A stretch of 62,301 bases of DNA from contig NYTP01000134.1 in the NCBI GenBank assembly GCA_002683575.1, positions 1 through 62,301 on the forward strand, given 5' to 3'. This stretch comes from Bermanella sp. Its GTDB lineage: Bacteria; Pseudomonadota; Gammaproteobacteria; Pseudomonadales; Oceanobacteraceae. The notes under the pieces are model-generated. The model ran no database searches. It was not told the origin of the DNA and worked only from the letters and a program-made list of their open reading frames with translations. Both the position numbers and the translations under genes were made by a program. Each line of letters starts with the position of its first letter. Position 1 is the first letter of the stretch. Of the stretch, positions 18,852 through 28,075 are shown in pieces.

Positions 18852-19241
18852 TTAATCCAGTCGGGTCGTAATCCATTTTCCTTCGTCTTGAACGGCAACT
18901 AATGCATATGGATAGACAAAGGCCCGCTGTTGTGTGCGGGGGTTAAGTATCATTAGAATAGGTGCTAGAGGCTCATCTTCTGGGTAGTGATACATACCCT
19001 CATCGTCGATTGTTGCTCGGTCTCCCCATCTGTGACCATATACGTAGTTGTTGTCCACGTTCTGCTTAAACGTATTACCGTCGTCACCATTGCATAATAT
19101 TTGCGGGATAAGACCTGCATACTCAACAAGGTCGGATGGCGTTAGCTTTGGGTCAAAGCCTTCAAAAAGCGTTGGGTTCGTTACACCGATAAATGACAGG
19201 CCGTCTGCCGTTACGCTCGTAAACTCTTGATGGTTGTTCAT
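18852..19241 (-). CDS. Hypothetical protein
   Basis: 129-aa ORF in operon. Confidence 0.7.
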   Translation of the reverse strand: MNNHQEFTSVTADGLSFIGVTNPTLFEGFDPKLTPSDLVEYAGLIPQILCNGDDGNTFKQNVDNNYVYGHRWGDRATIDDEGMYHYPEDEPLAPILMILNPRTQQRAFVYPYALVAVQDEGKWITTRLD

Positions 19242-19243
19242 AG

Positions 19244-19603
19244 CTACTCACCTAAGTCGCATTTCGGGCAATCTAGCTCTGTAACGGCCAGCTCTGAACC
19301 GTCAGGCATTATCGATTTAGTTTGGCGGTAGCTAGGGCGTAGAAACTCGTTGCACTTTAAGCAGCGGCGATTGTTAGTCTCCTCTCGGTCGCCAGCACCC
19401 ATCACAGGCTTTTCGTTGGCATACTCAATGAAAGGGTGGAACTCTGGCTCAACCTTGTTCGCTACGTGCTTCTGCGCTTTACGTAGGTTAGGGAATACCA
19501 TGACTTCATTGTTGTCATCTTTGAGCACTTTAGGCTCGTCGTCCGGTAGCACTAGTAGCACTACCGTAGGTTTAGTTGTCGCAAAGTTATTTGGTTTAGC
19601 CAT
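19244..19603 (-). CDS. Hypothetical protein with C-terminal zinc ribbon
   Basis: CLKC...CPKC. Confidence 0.7.
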   Translation of the reverse strand: MAKPNNFATTKPTVVLLVLPDDEPKVLKDDNNEVMVFPNLRKAQKHVANKVEPEFHPFIEYANEKPVMGAGDREETNNRRCLKCNEFLRPSYRQTKSIMPDGSELAVTELDCPKCDLGE

Positions 19604-19605
19604 CG

Positions 19606-20334
19606 TTATGCCGCCTTCTTAATTTCTTTTATGAACTTCGTCGCCACTTTGTTGCGTTTGCAGTAATCCAAAATGTGGTCTTTCGCTATTTGTGAATCTA
19701 TCTCGGTAGGTGATGAGTTTTGAGCCATTGCCCAATTGATTTCACCTGTTTTTAACAGTACGCCTTGTCGTGTAATTCCACGCGCTTTATGGTGGAACTC
19801 AAGAACAGGGGTATCAGGCACACCGTTGTATTCGTTGTCCTTGCTTACGTACATGTGTGGAATCACGCGAATGCTATTGCCCGTATCAGGGTCTTGGTAG
19901 AACGGTGTAAAGCCCTCAGCTTTCATCGTACGCGCTAGGTCTGTGGCTTTCTTCATTGCCTCAACCTTCTGCTTTCTAGCCGCTTCAACGTCTGCTTTAA
20001 GCTCTGCAATTTTCGCTTTCTGAGTCTTGTTAACCTTCTCAAGACGCTTAGGGTCAAGGCGTTGCAATAGCTTAAGCTCAGCACGTAATTGTTGTATCTC
20101 AGCTCGGTCCTTCTCTTTGTGCTCGATAGCTTTGTCGATCACTTCACTCTGCTTGTTAAGCAGTCGATTCTTTTCGTTAATGACAGCCTGCATGTCGTCT
20201 ACCTGTGCCTGTAGAGCTTCAATGTGGTCAACCGCTTCATTAAATTCGTCCACAGTTTTGTTGTGTGCTTCTGCAACAGCTACGATGTCCTCAAGTATCT
20301 TAGTTGCGCTGTCTGCTATGGCTTGTACTGTCAT
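19606..20334 (-). CDS. Hypothetical coiled-coil protein
   Basis: 242 aa with heptad-rich N-terminal half. Confidence 0.72.
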   Translation of the reverse strand: MTVQAIADSATKILEDIVAVAEAHNKTVDEFNEAVDHIEALQAQVDDMQAVINEKNRLLNKQSEVIDKAIEHKEKDRAEIQQLRAELKLLQRLDPKRLEKVNKTQKAKIAELKADVEAARKQKVEAMKKATDLARTMKAEGFTPFYQDPDTGNSIRVIPHMYVSKDNEYNGVPDTPVLEFHHKARGITRQGVLLKTGEINWAMAQNSSPTEIDSQIAKDHILDYCKRNKVATKFIKEIKKAA

Positions 20335-20361
20335 TTTCTGTCTCTCTGTTATCTGTTTGTG

Positions 20362-20400
20362 AAAAAAGGGGACAGGAAAATATCAAAACCCGTCCCCTTT
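20362..20400 (-). terminator. Intrinsic terminator after the DNA polymerase gene
   Basis: AAAGGGGAC...GTCCCCTTTTTT on the minus strand. Confidence 0.75.
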
Positions 20401-20415
20401 GCTTTTGAACGTTCG

Positions 20416-22467
20416 TTACTTAGAATATTCTTTGGCGTAACCGCCTTCATTCGCCAGCGGTAGCCCGATAGCCCATTCAGGGGCTTTTGACATGTTGCGC
20501 TTCATGATTGAAAACGCTTCGTCCTCGTTGCCTTCCTTCAAAGCGGCAAGTAGCTCATCGTGAACGCTACCCATCACCCAGCCCAGATACTTCTCATCTA
20601 GCTCTCGGTCTACGTTCACAAGCTGCTCGGCAAGAATGTCACGTGCTGTCGCCTGTGCTATGTTCTCGATAAGCAGGCCGTGCCATAAGTATTTAGGAAC
20701 AGGCTTGCCCCAGCGGTCGTACTTATCAGAGTCAAACACCACCTTCATCGAAACACCTGATTGCGTTTCTTCGCCCTTATAACGTGCGTTGCTATACTGT
20801 AGAACGCGACCAGACGGCAGAACCACTTGGTCTTTACGTGCAATGTATAAGTCGTTTGGCCCAAAGCGAAGCTCGCCACCGTTCACAATCACCGGCATGA
20901 CCGTGTTCGCCAAGAAGTGCCACATCGCCTTAATCGCGTAGTGCTTAACGTCATACGCATTCTTTACGTTGCGACAAAACTCATCGTCTTTGAACATCGG
21001 TTCCATGCCAAGCGGACCACTTGCAAGGTACTGCTGGAAGCCAAACCAACCCATTGAGAAGCCAAGGCCAAGTGCCGCAGCCTTACCCATTTGACGCTCG
21101 TCAGGGTGCGTTTTCTTCGTCACCTTGTAGCTGAATATGTCTGTCGCAATGTCACTGTATAGGTCGAAGTTCGGGTCATTACGGAAGTTTTCCAGCAAGT
21201 CCTCTTGGCCGCAGAACCACAAGTTCACACGTAACTCAATGTTCGATAAGTCACACACGCCAATCTGGTAGCCATCAGGCGCTAGCATCGACAAGCGGTG
21301 CTTACCACCACGAGTGTTATTCTGCTGGTTTAGCTTCTGCCCACCCGACCAGCGGCCTGTCTGTCCCGCCCCGTAGTAATTAAGGAAAAACGGCATACAT
21401 GCGTCAGTGAACCCATGCTTGCGGAAGGTGGATGACACGCTAATCATTCGCTCTGCACGGCTCTTGGCGATAGTCGACTTCATACGCTCACGTGCTTTGT
21501 ACAGCACCGCATACTCAGGGTTATCTATCTGTAGGCGAATGTACTCAGGGTCGCCTTTACCAAGGGCAGGGGTTAGCAGGCCTGTCGTCTTAGAAATCTT
21601 CTTAGGAACACGAAGTTCAAGACCCGCAAGCAATGTCGCGTACTGCTGATTTGAGCTGAAAGTTTTCGGTGTAATATCATCAAACCCTTGCTCGTAACAG
21701 TATTCAATAGCCTCAACAACCGCCTCACCATCTTTGATGTTTTCTTCCTCGATAACTTCCTCAAGCAAGTCGTGGCGAATATCAAACTGCGGCTCAATGT
21801 TCCCGCGTAAGGTGATGTGCATGGCGCGTAGCTCTGTGCTGTTCGCCAGACCGATGCGCGGTATGTATGACAAGAACAAACGGCGCATTAGGTTAACGTC
21901 TTGGCGACAATACTTAGCCAGTGACGCGTGCTGTTCCTCACTAATGTACTCATACTTGATACCGTCAACGTCCGCTAGGTCGTTACCTTTACGAAGGGCA
22001 GGGTCGTCAGGCCATTCGTCCTTCGCACACGCATTTAGACTGCTCGGTCTATGCGCCGCTAGGTACTTACGCATCAACATGGTGTCAAAGTAGAAATCGA
22101 ACTCTAACCCATAGCGCCAGTTACAGATTGCACCGTCGAATACCGTGTTATGAGCCACTAGGCCGATACGTAGGCCATCCGCACGAGCGTCTTTCAACTT
22201 CTGCATCTGCATGTTGTAGAACTTACCGCCGTGGCCGTACTCAATGTGTTCGTCTAGGTCGATAACCAGCCCTAGGCCAGTTTCATGAAAGCGCGGGTCA
22301 TAGATGTACTCAGGGTACGTCATCGACTTCAAGCTAAATGACTTAGAGCCATTGTTCGCACGTGACTTGTAGAACGTCTCCCAATCAAGGAACACAATTA
22401 TGTCTAGCTCGAACGCCTTTTTAATGACGTCCAGAGCTAGTTTGTCGTCTTGAGTGAAGCAGCTCAT
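20416..22467 (-). CDS. Family A DNA polymerase with 3'-5' exonuclease domain
   Basis: Exo LDWET and HNTVFD; TGRWSG; motif A DLSNIELR; motif B RQMGKAAALGLGF; motif C VHDE. Confidence 0.93.
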   Translation of the reverse strand: MSCFTQDDKLALDVIKKAFELDIIVFLDWETFYKSRANNGSKSFSLKSMTYPEYIYDPRFHETGLGLVIDLDEHIEYGHGGKFYNMQMQKLKDARADGLRIGLVAHNTVFDGAICNWRYGLEFDFYFDTMLMRKYLAAHRPSSLNACAKDEWPDDPALRKGNDLADVDGIKYEYISEEQHASLAKYCRQDVNLMRRLFLSYIPRIGLANSTELRAMHITLRGNIEPQFDIRHDLLEEVIEEENIKDGEAVVEAIEYCYEQGFDDITPKTFSSNQQYATLLAGLELRVPKKISKTTGLLTPALGKGDPEYIRLQIDNPEYAVLYKARERMKSTIAKSRAERMISVSSTFRKHGFTDACMPFFLNYYGAGQTGRWSGGQKLNQQNNTRGGKHRLSMLAPDGYQIGVCDLSNIELRVNLWFCGQEDLLENFRNDPNFDLYSDIATDIFSYKVTKKTHPDERQMGKAAALGLGFSMGWFGFQQYLASGPLGMEPMFKDDEFCRNVKNAYDVKHYAIKAMWHFLANTVMPVIVNGGELRFGPNDLYIARKDQVVLPSGRVLQYSNARYKGEETQSGVSMKVVFDSDKYDRWGKPVPKYLWHGLLIENIAQATARDILAEQLVNVDRELDEKYLGWVMGSVHDELLAALKEGNEDEAFSIMKRNMSKAPEWAIGLPLANEGGYAKEYSK

Positions 22468-23042
22468 GCCACTTCACCTTGTAGGATGCTGTCTAATGAC
22501 TTACCTTCTTTTTGCTCTTCGCAGTATTCTTCAGGAATAATGTCAGCGAGCCCTGGCGTTTCTTCAACAGCCGTTCGTAACGTTTTGTGGGTCTCAAGGT
22601 ATTTGATCATCTTAAGCTCAATCTCCTCCGCTTGCTGTTTAACAAGGGCACTCTTAGGGAATAAGCCCATGATGCGCTCTTCGAACATCGGCAAGTCGTT
22701 AAACAGTGTTTCGTTCACGTTGCCAATTTGGTAGCAGTAAGGGATAGGCTTCTCGCCACCAAAGTCCAAGTTCATAATGTCGGCCTTGTCAGCGCTTGTA
22801 ACAGTGATGTGAGGTGCAACGGGTAGTGTGCCGTCCATAATGGTTGATACGTCCTCACCGTCAGCACACAAGTTACCTATGCCGTACATATCGAATAGAG
22901 CGGCGTACACGTCACGGCCTAATTCAGCCAGCTCTCGGTTAAGGCTCTCTATGCGTCCGCCAATCTGTGCGTTAACAACAGCAAGGGCTATCTTGCGACG
23001 GTTATAGGCATTAAGGCGTAAGCCCAGTTTTAGTTTTTTCAT
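22464..23042 (-). CDS. Hypothetical protein (weak resemblance to Nmad5)
   Basis: RLNAYNRRKIA N-terminus; overlaps the polymerase start. Confidence 0.55.
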   Translation of the reverse strand: MKKLKLGLRLNAYNRRKIALAVVNAQIGGRIESLNRELAELGRDVYAALFDMYGIGNLCADGEDVSTIMDGTLPVAPHITVTSADKADIMNLDFGGEKPIPYCYQIGNVNETLFNDLPMFEERIMGLFPKSALVKQQAEEIELKMIKYLETHKTLRTAVEETPGLADIIPEEYCEEQKEGKSLDSILQGEVA

Positions 23043-23099
23043 GGTCAAATACCTGTATTGGTTAGAGGGTGAGTAGTGCAACGCACTACTCGCTAAATT

Positions 23100-23114
23100 A
23101 TTAGTGTTACTGTT
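23100..23114. promoter_or_regulatory. Operator copy
   Basis: ATTAGTGTTACTGTT. Confidence 0.7.
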
Positions 23115-23116
23115 AA

Positions 23117-23590
23117 TTAAAGTGATTCTAAAACAGCGATAGCCGATTGTATGGCCTTTAGCCTGTCATGTGCTTTTAGTCGCTCGGCGTGTGTAGAGCC
23201 TTCTGAGTCGCGCACATTCGCTAGCTCTTTGGTTATCATTTCAAGCCCCATCGTAAGCCCGTCAATTTGTGCCTTACGGTTGGCTTGGCGCTGCTGCTCT
23301 GTCTCGTCCTCATCGCCAGTGATGCAGTTCGACAGGGTGTTTACAAAGCGCCGAGCAACGTGTGCTTGAGTGCGCTCGTTAAACATGATGTAAAGGTTTT
23401 GGTTGCCAATATGACGCTCGATGAAGTCGATAGCGTACTCCATTTGGTTGTCGTCGCTCACATCGCGTAAGATTTCGCTAATGTCGTCACCATCTTCCAC
23501 CGCATCTTCAATAATGCTCGAAAGGTCGATTGCCACCTCTAGGCGCTCTAAGTCGTGTGACTCTAATGTGTAATTTGAAAAACGTGACAT
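23117..23590 (-). CDS. Hypothetical protein
   Basis: ATG 23590 with AGGAG SD. Confidence 0.7.
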   Translation of the reverse strand: MSRFSNYTLESHDLERLEVAIDLSSIIEDAVEDGDDISEILRDVSDDNQMEYAIDFIERHIGNQNLYIMFNERTQAHVARRFVNTLSNCITGDEDETEQQRQANRKAQIDGLTMGLEMITKELANVRDSEGSTHAERLKAHDRLKAIQSAIAVLESL

Positions 23591-23600
23591 GGTTTTGCTC

Positions 23601-23882
23601 CTATGCTGCTTGCGCCATACGATGTTTAGTAACGAACAGTGACTTAGGGCGTGTGCCACTGGCTATGTCTTTGTGGATTTGCATGTAATCCCACATACGG
23701 CCGCCTTTCTCAAAGCTGTGCGAACGCATACCGGTATAGTGCTCAATGTTCGCCGTGCGTAGATTGGCTTGGTCGATACGATTGTGTGCCTTGTTGGTGT
23801 TACGTGCTAAAGCTCGCACTTGGCCTTGTAATTCGGTGATTGCTTCTTCTAATTTGGTTAATTGGTCTTTGTTTCCAAACAT
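23601..23882 (-). CDS. Hypothetical protein
   Basis: 93 aa, GGAG SD. Confidence 0.7.
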   Translation of the reverse strand: MFGNKDQLTKLEEAITELQGQVRALARNTNKAHNRIDQANLRTANIEHYTGMRSHSFEKGGRMWDYMQIHKDIASGTRPKSLFVTKHRMAQAA

Positions 23883-23906
23883 GACTGGTACTCCGTGTTT
23901 TGTACT

Positions 23907-24410
23907 CTAATGCAGAGGGCGAACAGCGTCTGTATCGCGCTTTGCTTTTTCAATTTCTGTTGCTAGTTGCTCGAATAGGGCGTGTAATGGGTGGTTCGCG
24001 TCAACCTTCTCGACGGTCACGCCTTCATCATCTTCTGGCTCGTCGCCAATGTCCTTGTAGTCGTTCTCATAGTTGCGCAGCACAATCGCTTTGAAGCTTT
24101 CGTCATCTCCAATACGGTCTCTTAGCTGGCTGATAATGTTGATTGCTTCGTCAAATGCGCCCGAAATAGCCTCTTTTACATGCTCTGGCTTGAAGTCTTT
24201 GTAGGCGGGTGCGCTCTCTGAGACAAAGCTCGTGACGGTCGCTGCTAACACTTTCGCTCGGCGGTCCATTGTGTGCGCATCGTCCATCAGTATTGAGGTG
24301 ATTGGTACATAAAGCGGCATCTTCTCAAGCGCTTTAGGGTCGCTCTCGTGCTTCTCCATCGCGTTCTTGATTTTCGCTATAGCTACAAGGTTCTCTATCA
24401 TGTGTTTCAT
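23907..24410 (-). CDS. Hypothetical protein
   Basis: 167 aa, AAGGA SD. Confidence 0.7.
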   Translation of the reverse strand: MKHMIENLVAIAKIKNAMEKHESDPKALEKMPLYVPITSILMDDAHTMDRRAKVLAATVTSFVSESAPAYKDFKPEHVKEAISGAFDEAINIISQLRDRIGDDESFKAIVLRNYENDYKDIGDEPEDDEGVTVEKVDANHPLHALFEQLATEIEKAKRDTDAVRPLH

Positions 24411-24451
24411 TGGTTTGTCCTTTTATTTTGCTCGTGTTTAAAGGGTGGTTA

Positions 24452-24568
24452 TTAGTATTTAGTAGCAAATGCTAACGCGCTGGTTAACAGTAATACTACT
24501 ATCGCGGCGCACGACAAAACGGTGCGCGTAAGTCGTTGCTCGACGCGACGGTGGTATCTTGATTTCAT
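24452..24568 (-). CDS. 38-aa basic, single-TM peptide (not in the ORF track)
   Basis: GGAG SD; MKSRYHRRVEQRLTRTVLSCAAIVVLLLTSALAFATKY*; first ORF after the promoter at 24596..24624. Confidence 0.65.
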   Translation of the reverse strand: MKSRYHRRVEQRLTRTVLSCAAIVVLLLTSALAFATKY

Positions 24569-24595
24569 AGTGTCTCCGCTTAAAAAAGTGGCCGC

Positions 24596-24637
24596 ATAAT
24601 ATAAACACTGTTAACCTATGTCAACAGTGTTACTGTT
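24596..24637 (-). promoter_or_regulatory. Leftward promoter with operator
   Basis: TTGACA-17-TATTAT; perfect operator AACAGTGTTACTGTT at 24623..24637 plus a half-site in the spacer. Confidence 0.78.
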
Positions 24638-24651
24638 AAAAATAAAGTGGT

Positions 24652-25053
24652 CTAAGCTGCCTGTAACTCGTTGGTAAACAAGGGAACAGCTTTGTCCGGC
24701 GGTAAGAAGTTGGGCAGCGGCTCTAAGCCCGATTTCGTAAACTCTACTAATACCGTACGCCCGACAAGCTCACCTAAATCAGACAGGTCTCGAATGCCTA
24801 AAGCCCCAAGAAGCATGTCCAATTTTCTCTCCCACAAGGCTCTCGACTTAGGGGTGGTTGCTGCGCTAAGGTGAAAGTTACGGTAGTAGTACACGCCAAC
24901 CCGACGGCCATCGAATGACTCTACGACTTGCATGTTAATCGCTGGGTCGCCTGCGCCATTCAATGACGCGCCTTTGATTTGGAACTTGTATTGACCAACA
25001 TCAAAGTAGGGCTGCTGGTACTGTCTTGTTCGACGAAAGGCCGTTGCACTCAT
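24652..25053 (-). CDS. Hypothetical protein
   Basis: 133 aa, coupled to the upstream gene. Confidence 0.7.
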   Translation of the reverse strand: MSATAFRRTRQYQQPYFDVGQYKFQIKGASLNGAGDPAINMQVVESFDGRRVGVYYYRNFHLSAATTPKSRALWERKLDMLLGALGIRDLSDLGELVGRTVLVEFTKSGLEPLPNFLPPDKAVPLFTNELQAA

Positions 25054-25625
25054 GCTGCCTCCTCAAGCGCTACAGGCTCTGCGACAGAAGGTGCGCCTAA
25101 TGTACGTGCGAAGGTCAACAGGGCTTTCACTTCCTTGCGATAGCTCTCGTCAGGGTGCTCGTCAACCAGCTCCTCCCATACGCTGTGTACCGCAATTTCT
25201 TCGTTCACTCGCAGTGCGGTCGGTGTCAACAGGGCAGTGATTGGGTCGCCATTTGGCAGCGCGCGGTCTAGCACATAGTAGTTGGCAGGCAGTCTCGCTG
25301 CACGTAGGTCAACAGATTTCACATCGCATGGGTCAAACGTTGATGACTCAAGGTTCGCGCTGAACATACAGGCGGCGTAAACGTTAACACCTGTCAGGTC
25401 TGAGTGACGGAAGGTGGCCGACTGCACTGAGGCAAAGGATAAGTCAGCCCCCTTAAAGTTACAGTTGATGAATGATGAGTCCTTCAAGTTGGCGAACGAC
25501 AAGTCCATGCCCTCAAAGTTACAGTCGATGAACACCGCTTTCGAATAGTCGTTGTCCGCTGTCTTTAGTGTCGTGAAGTCTACGCCGTGCTCTACGCGTT
25601 GCATGTTAGTTTGTGCTTGTTCCAT
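25050..25625 (-). CDS. Pentapeptide-repeat protein
   Basis: CNFEG MDLSF ANLKD SSFIN CNFKG ADLSF ASVQS ATFRH SDLTG periodicity. Confidence 0.9.
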   Translation of the reverse strand: MEQAQTNMQRVEHGVDFTTLKTADNDYSKAVFIDCNFEGMDLSFANLKDSSFINCNFKGADLSFASVQSATFRHSDLTGVNVYAACMFSANLESSTFDPCDVKSVDLRAARLPANYYVLDRALPNGDPITALLTPTALRVNEEIAVHSVWEELVDEHPDESYRKEVKALLTFARTLGAPSVAEPVALEEAA

Positions 25626-25749
25626 ATCAGTCTCCTAAAGTTATGGTTTTATGGTGTTTGCCCGTCAGTGGGCGTTAAAGAATAGAATTTAGTAGTTACT
25701 GGTCATTTGTTGAACGCTGGTATGACCTGTGTTCACGTTTTGTACAAAG

Positions 25750-26121
25750 TGTCCAGCTTTAGAAAAGTGGTGTCCAAGTTTGAAAATAAAGGTGGACACT
25801 TATTTTTAATTTTGAGTGAGTGCTCATTAACCCCCGCACCCCGTTAGGACGCATGTGTGAGAATATAGCATCGTCGCCCGACAGGGGGCTGTCCACCTTG
25901 TCCATGTTGTCCAACATTTTGATACCTAGCATTGAGAGAAAGTTTTTTGTTATTACTCTTTAATAAGTATTAATTAATAATAAATATATAATAAGAGGTA
26001 TGGACAAAGTTGGACAACATGGACACTTTGGCCTAAAGCCTTTGCTGGTGCTGCTTTCGGGCGTCCAACCCCCTTGGACAGTGCTGAAAAAAGGTGGACA
26101 GGTGGCCTAAAAAGGTGGACA
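25750..26121. other. Candidate replication origin (iterons around an AT-rich core)
   Basis: 12 TGTCCA/TGGACA hexamers; 17-bp perfect inverted repeat 25899..25915 / 26009..26025 flanking an AT-rich stretch. Confidence 0.65.
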
Positions 26122-26288
26122 CTTTTGCCAATCCCCAACCTCTGTCCTCCATCCCCCAACAACCGCCAAAGAACGCCCATCCGTAGGCCGCTCATTTGTC
26201 GTCAAAGGCTCACAATTATAAGTTTTGTGCCGTAAGTTGCTGATAACTAAGCGCTACCTGTCACTCGCTTTCCAACTTTCGCCATCGC

Positions 26289-26483
26289 CTACCAATATAC
26301 AGCACCCGACCGCGCCATCAGCTGTCTGCACTCCCTCGCAAATCGCACAGCCTGCTCCGCGTGATGCCTAGCCCTCGCCGGTAATCCCTCGTTCATCGCC
26401 CGTTGCCATGCCGCCCGTTGTTGCTCCGCCGCTAGCCTCGCCGTACCCGCTCGCTGTCTCATGTCCTGTGTACTCATGCCCAT
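26289..26483 (-). CDS. Small Ala/Arg-rich hypothetical protein
   Basis: AGGAG SD, 64 aa. Confidence 0.6.
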   Translation of the reverse strand: MGMSTQDMRQRAGTARLAAEQQRAAWQRAMNEGLPARARHHAEQAVRFARECRQLMARSGAVYW

Positions 26484-26494
26484 CAGTCTGTCTC

Positions 26495-26728
26495 CTATGC
26501 CGCACGTTGTAAGTTAATCTGCATGTGACGCTCAATCTCTTTCAATTGATACGTGATGTTCAATACCTGCTGCTTTAATCGCGCCGCAAGTCGAAGGTCT
26601 CCCAACTCACGCGCTAGGTCGGTCGCTAACTCATAGTCGCCAATCGCATGCCAGCTCAGCGCTATCCCGTCCAGTATCGAATAGCCACTCGCTAGCAGTC
26701 GTCTGTGTAAAGCGTTTATCGGTTGCAT
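26495..26728 (-). CDS. Small hypothetical protein
   Basis: GGGAG SD, 77 aa. Confidence 0.62.
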   Translation of the reverse strand: MQPINALHRRLLASGYSILDGIALSWHAIGDYELATDLARELGDLRLAARLKQQVLNITYQLKEIERHMQINLQRAA

Positions 26729-26825
26729 CGTGTTCTCCCGTCTGTAATGGTTGCTCTGTGTTATGTGCCAACCGCTCAGCAGCGGTCGGTCTCTGTTAAG
26801 TGATGTGTGTCGGTCGGTGGTCGTC

Positions 26826-26861
26826 GCTCGATGAGTGTTGCTCGTTGCTCGATGAGTGTTG
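26826..26861 (+). repeat. 15-bp direct repeat
   Basis: GCTCGATGAGTGTTG at 26826 and 26847. Confidence 0.8.
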
Positions 26862-27319
26862 AGTAGTGACCGTCGAGTAGTGCGCGCCCCCCGTTGAATG
26901 GCCTCTGTCGTTCGGATACCTCTTAATTTCTGTCGTCTAAGACCCCCGTAAAAATAAATTCAGCATCGGAACCCGACTCCGGCTTATGTGCAGGATTAAG
27001 GGTGATTGCTTGGACTTTCGTGTCAGTCGTGGAATCTACCTTGACGCAGGACGCAGGACATGCGGAGCGAGGAACGAGCGTAGGAGCGTAGCGGGCTGTA
27101 CTAGCGTACTAAGCGTTGAGGTTAAGTGGAACGTCTGTAAGCGAAATCTAAGCTCCCTTAATCCCAACATCAGCCCATTCTCCAAACAGAACGCAATTCA
27201 ATCCTGTCCACATTGCGCTATCGAACTCTCCAAACCGTCTTATCCGTGGAATCTGATTGATGACCAACATCTGCTATTCGTCCTCTGCCATCCGACACTC
27301 GCCCTTTTTCCTTTGACGA

Positions 27320-27380
27320 TCCTCACGTCCTCACGTCCTCACGTCCTCACTTCTCAAGTCCTCACTGCTCACGTCCTCAC
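27320..27380 (+). repeat. 8-bp tandem repeat (TCCTCACG)n
   Basis: Three perfect units and a near-complete fourth, then degenerate copies. Confidence 0.85.
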
Positions 27381-27562
27381 ACAAAAGGTCTAATCTCTTC
27401 ACCTTCCTCACTTCTCACTATGTAGGGGATAACAGAACAACATACTTTGGGGCCATGTGGCGCGGGTGGTGAGTGTTAGCAGGGCAGGTCACTCGGTAGG
27501 GGGTTAGAGGGAAAGGCTAGGCTTTAGAGGCTAAAGACCAGGGTTCACTGTCACACTAGCTA

Positions 27563-27997
27563 TTAGTGTAAGTAGTCAGTGTGGCTTGTGCTCATCGCTA
27601 GACCTTTAGCACGGCGTGCTGCGTATGCACGGCTACGCGCTTCGTCAATAGCCGTCACTTTACCTTTACCAGCACACTTGGCGCATGGAATGTCTTTGTT
27701 GTGCTTGTGGATACGATACAGACCTGTTCCGTTACATGCTTTACAGTGAGTACCAGCTACAGACTCAACTATCGCCTCCACAGCATTTATCTCAGGGCTT
27801 TTCTCGGGTGTAGGTATACGTTTGCCTATCCATTGGTAATACTCCTCGCTGTAGGCGCGTATACGGATTTTTTCTATTTCCTCCTCTGTTTCCACCGGTG
27901 CATCTAGGGCGTTAAGTGTTGCTTCATAGGCAGCAGCGCTACCGAATAAGTCGTCAGTGTCGAATAATGAATCAAGTGATAATGTGTTGGTTGACAT
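27563..27997 (-). CDS. Protein with DnaJ-type CxxCxGxG zinc finger
   Basis: CKACNGTG...CAKCAGKG; GAGG SD. Confidence 0.75.
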   Translation of the reverse strand: MSTNTLSLDSLFDTDDLFGSAAAYEATLNALDAPVETEEEIEKIRIRAYSEEYYQWIGKRIPTPEKSPEINAVEAIVESVAGTHCKACNGTGLYRIHKHNKDIPCAKCAGKGKVTAIDEARSRAYAARRAKGLAMSTSHTDYLH

Positions 27998-28027
27998 AGA
28001 TATTTACCTCTTTTATATTTCAGAAAT

Positions 28028-28053
28028 GAGCAGGGTGTTCCCGCACCCTGCTC
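28028..28053. terminator. Strong hairpin, possible terminator
   Basis: GAGCAGGGTG/CACCCTGCTC 10-bp stem; weak U-tract. Confidence 0.5.
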
Positions 28054-28075
28054 GTAGTTTCTTGGCTAAGTTATC

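Noticed and set aside
25974-26195. 73-aa ORF over the iteron region
   Set aside because: Translation mirrors the DNA repeats (VHLF repeated); no family resemblance
26986-27393. 135-aa plus-strand ORF
   Set aside because: Against the direction of the arm, no SD, C-terminus is translated tandem repeat
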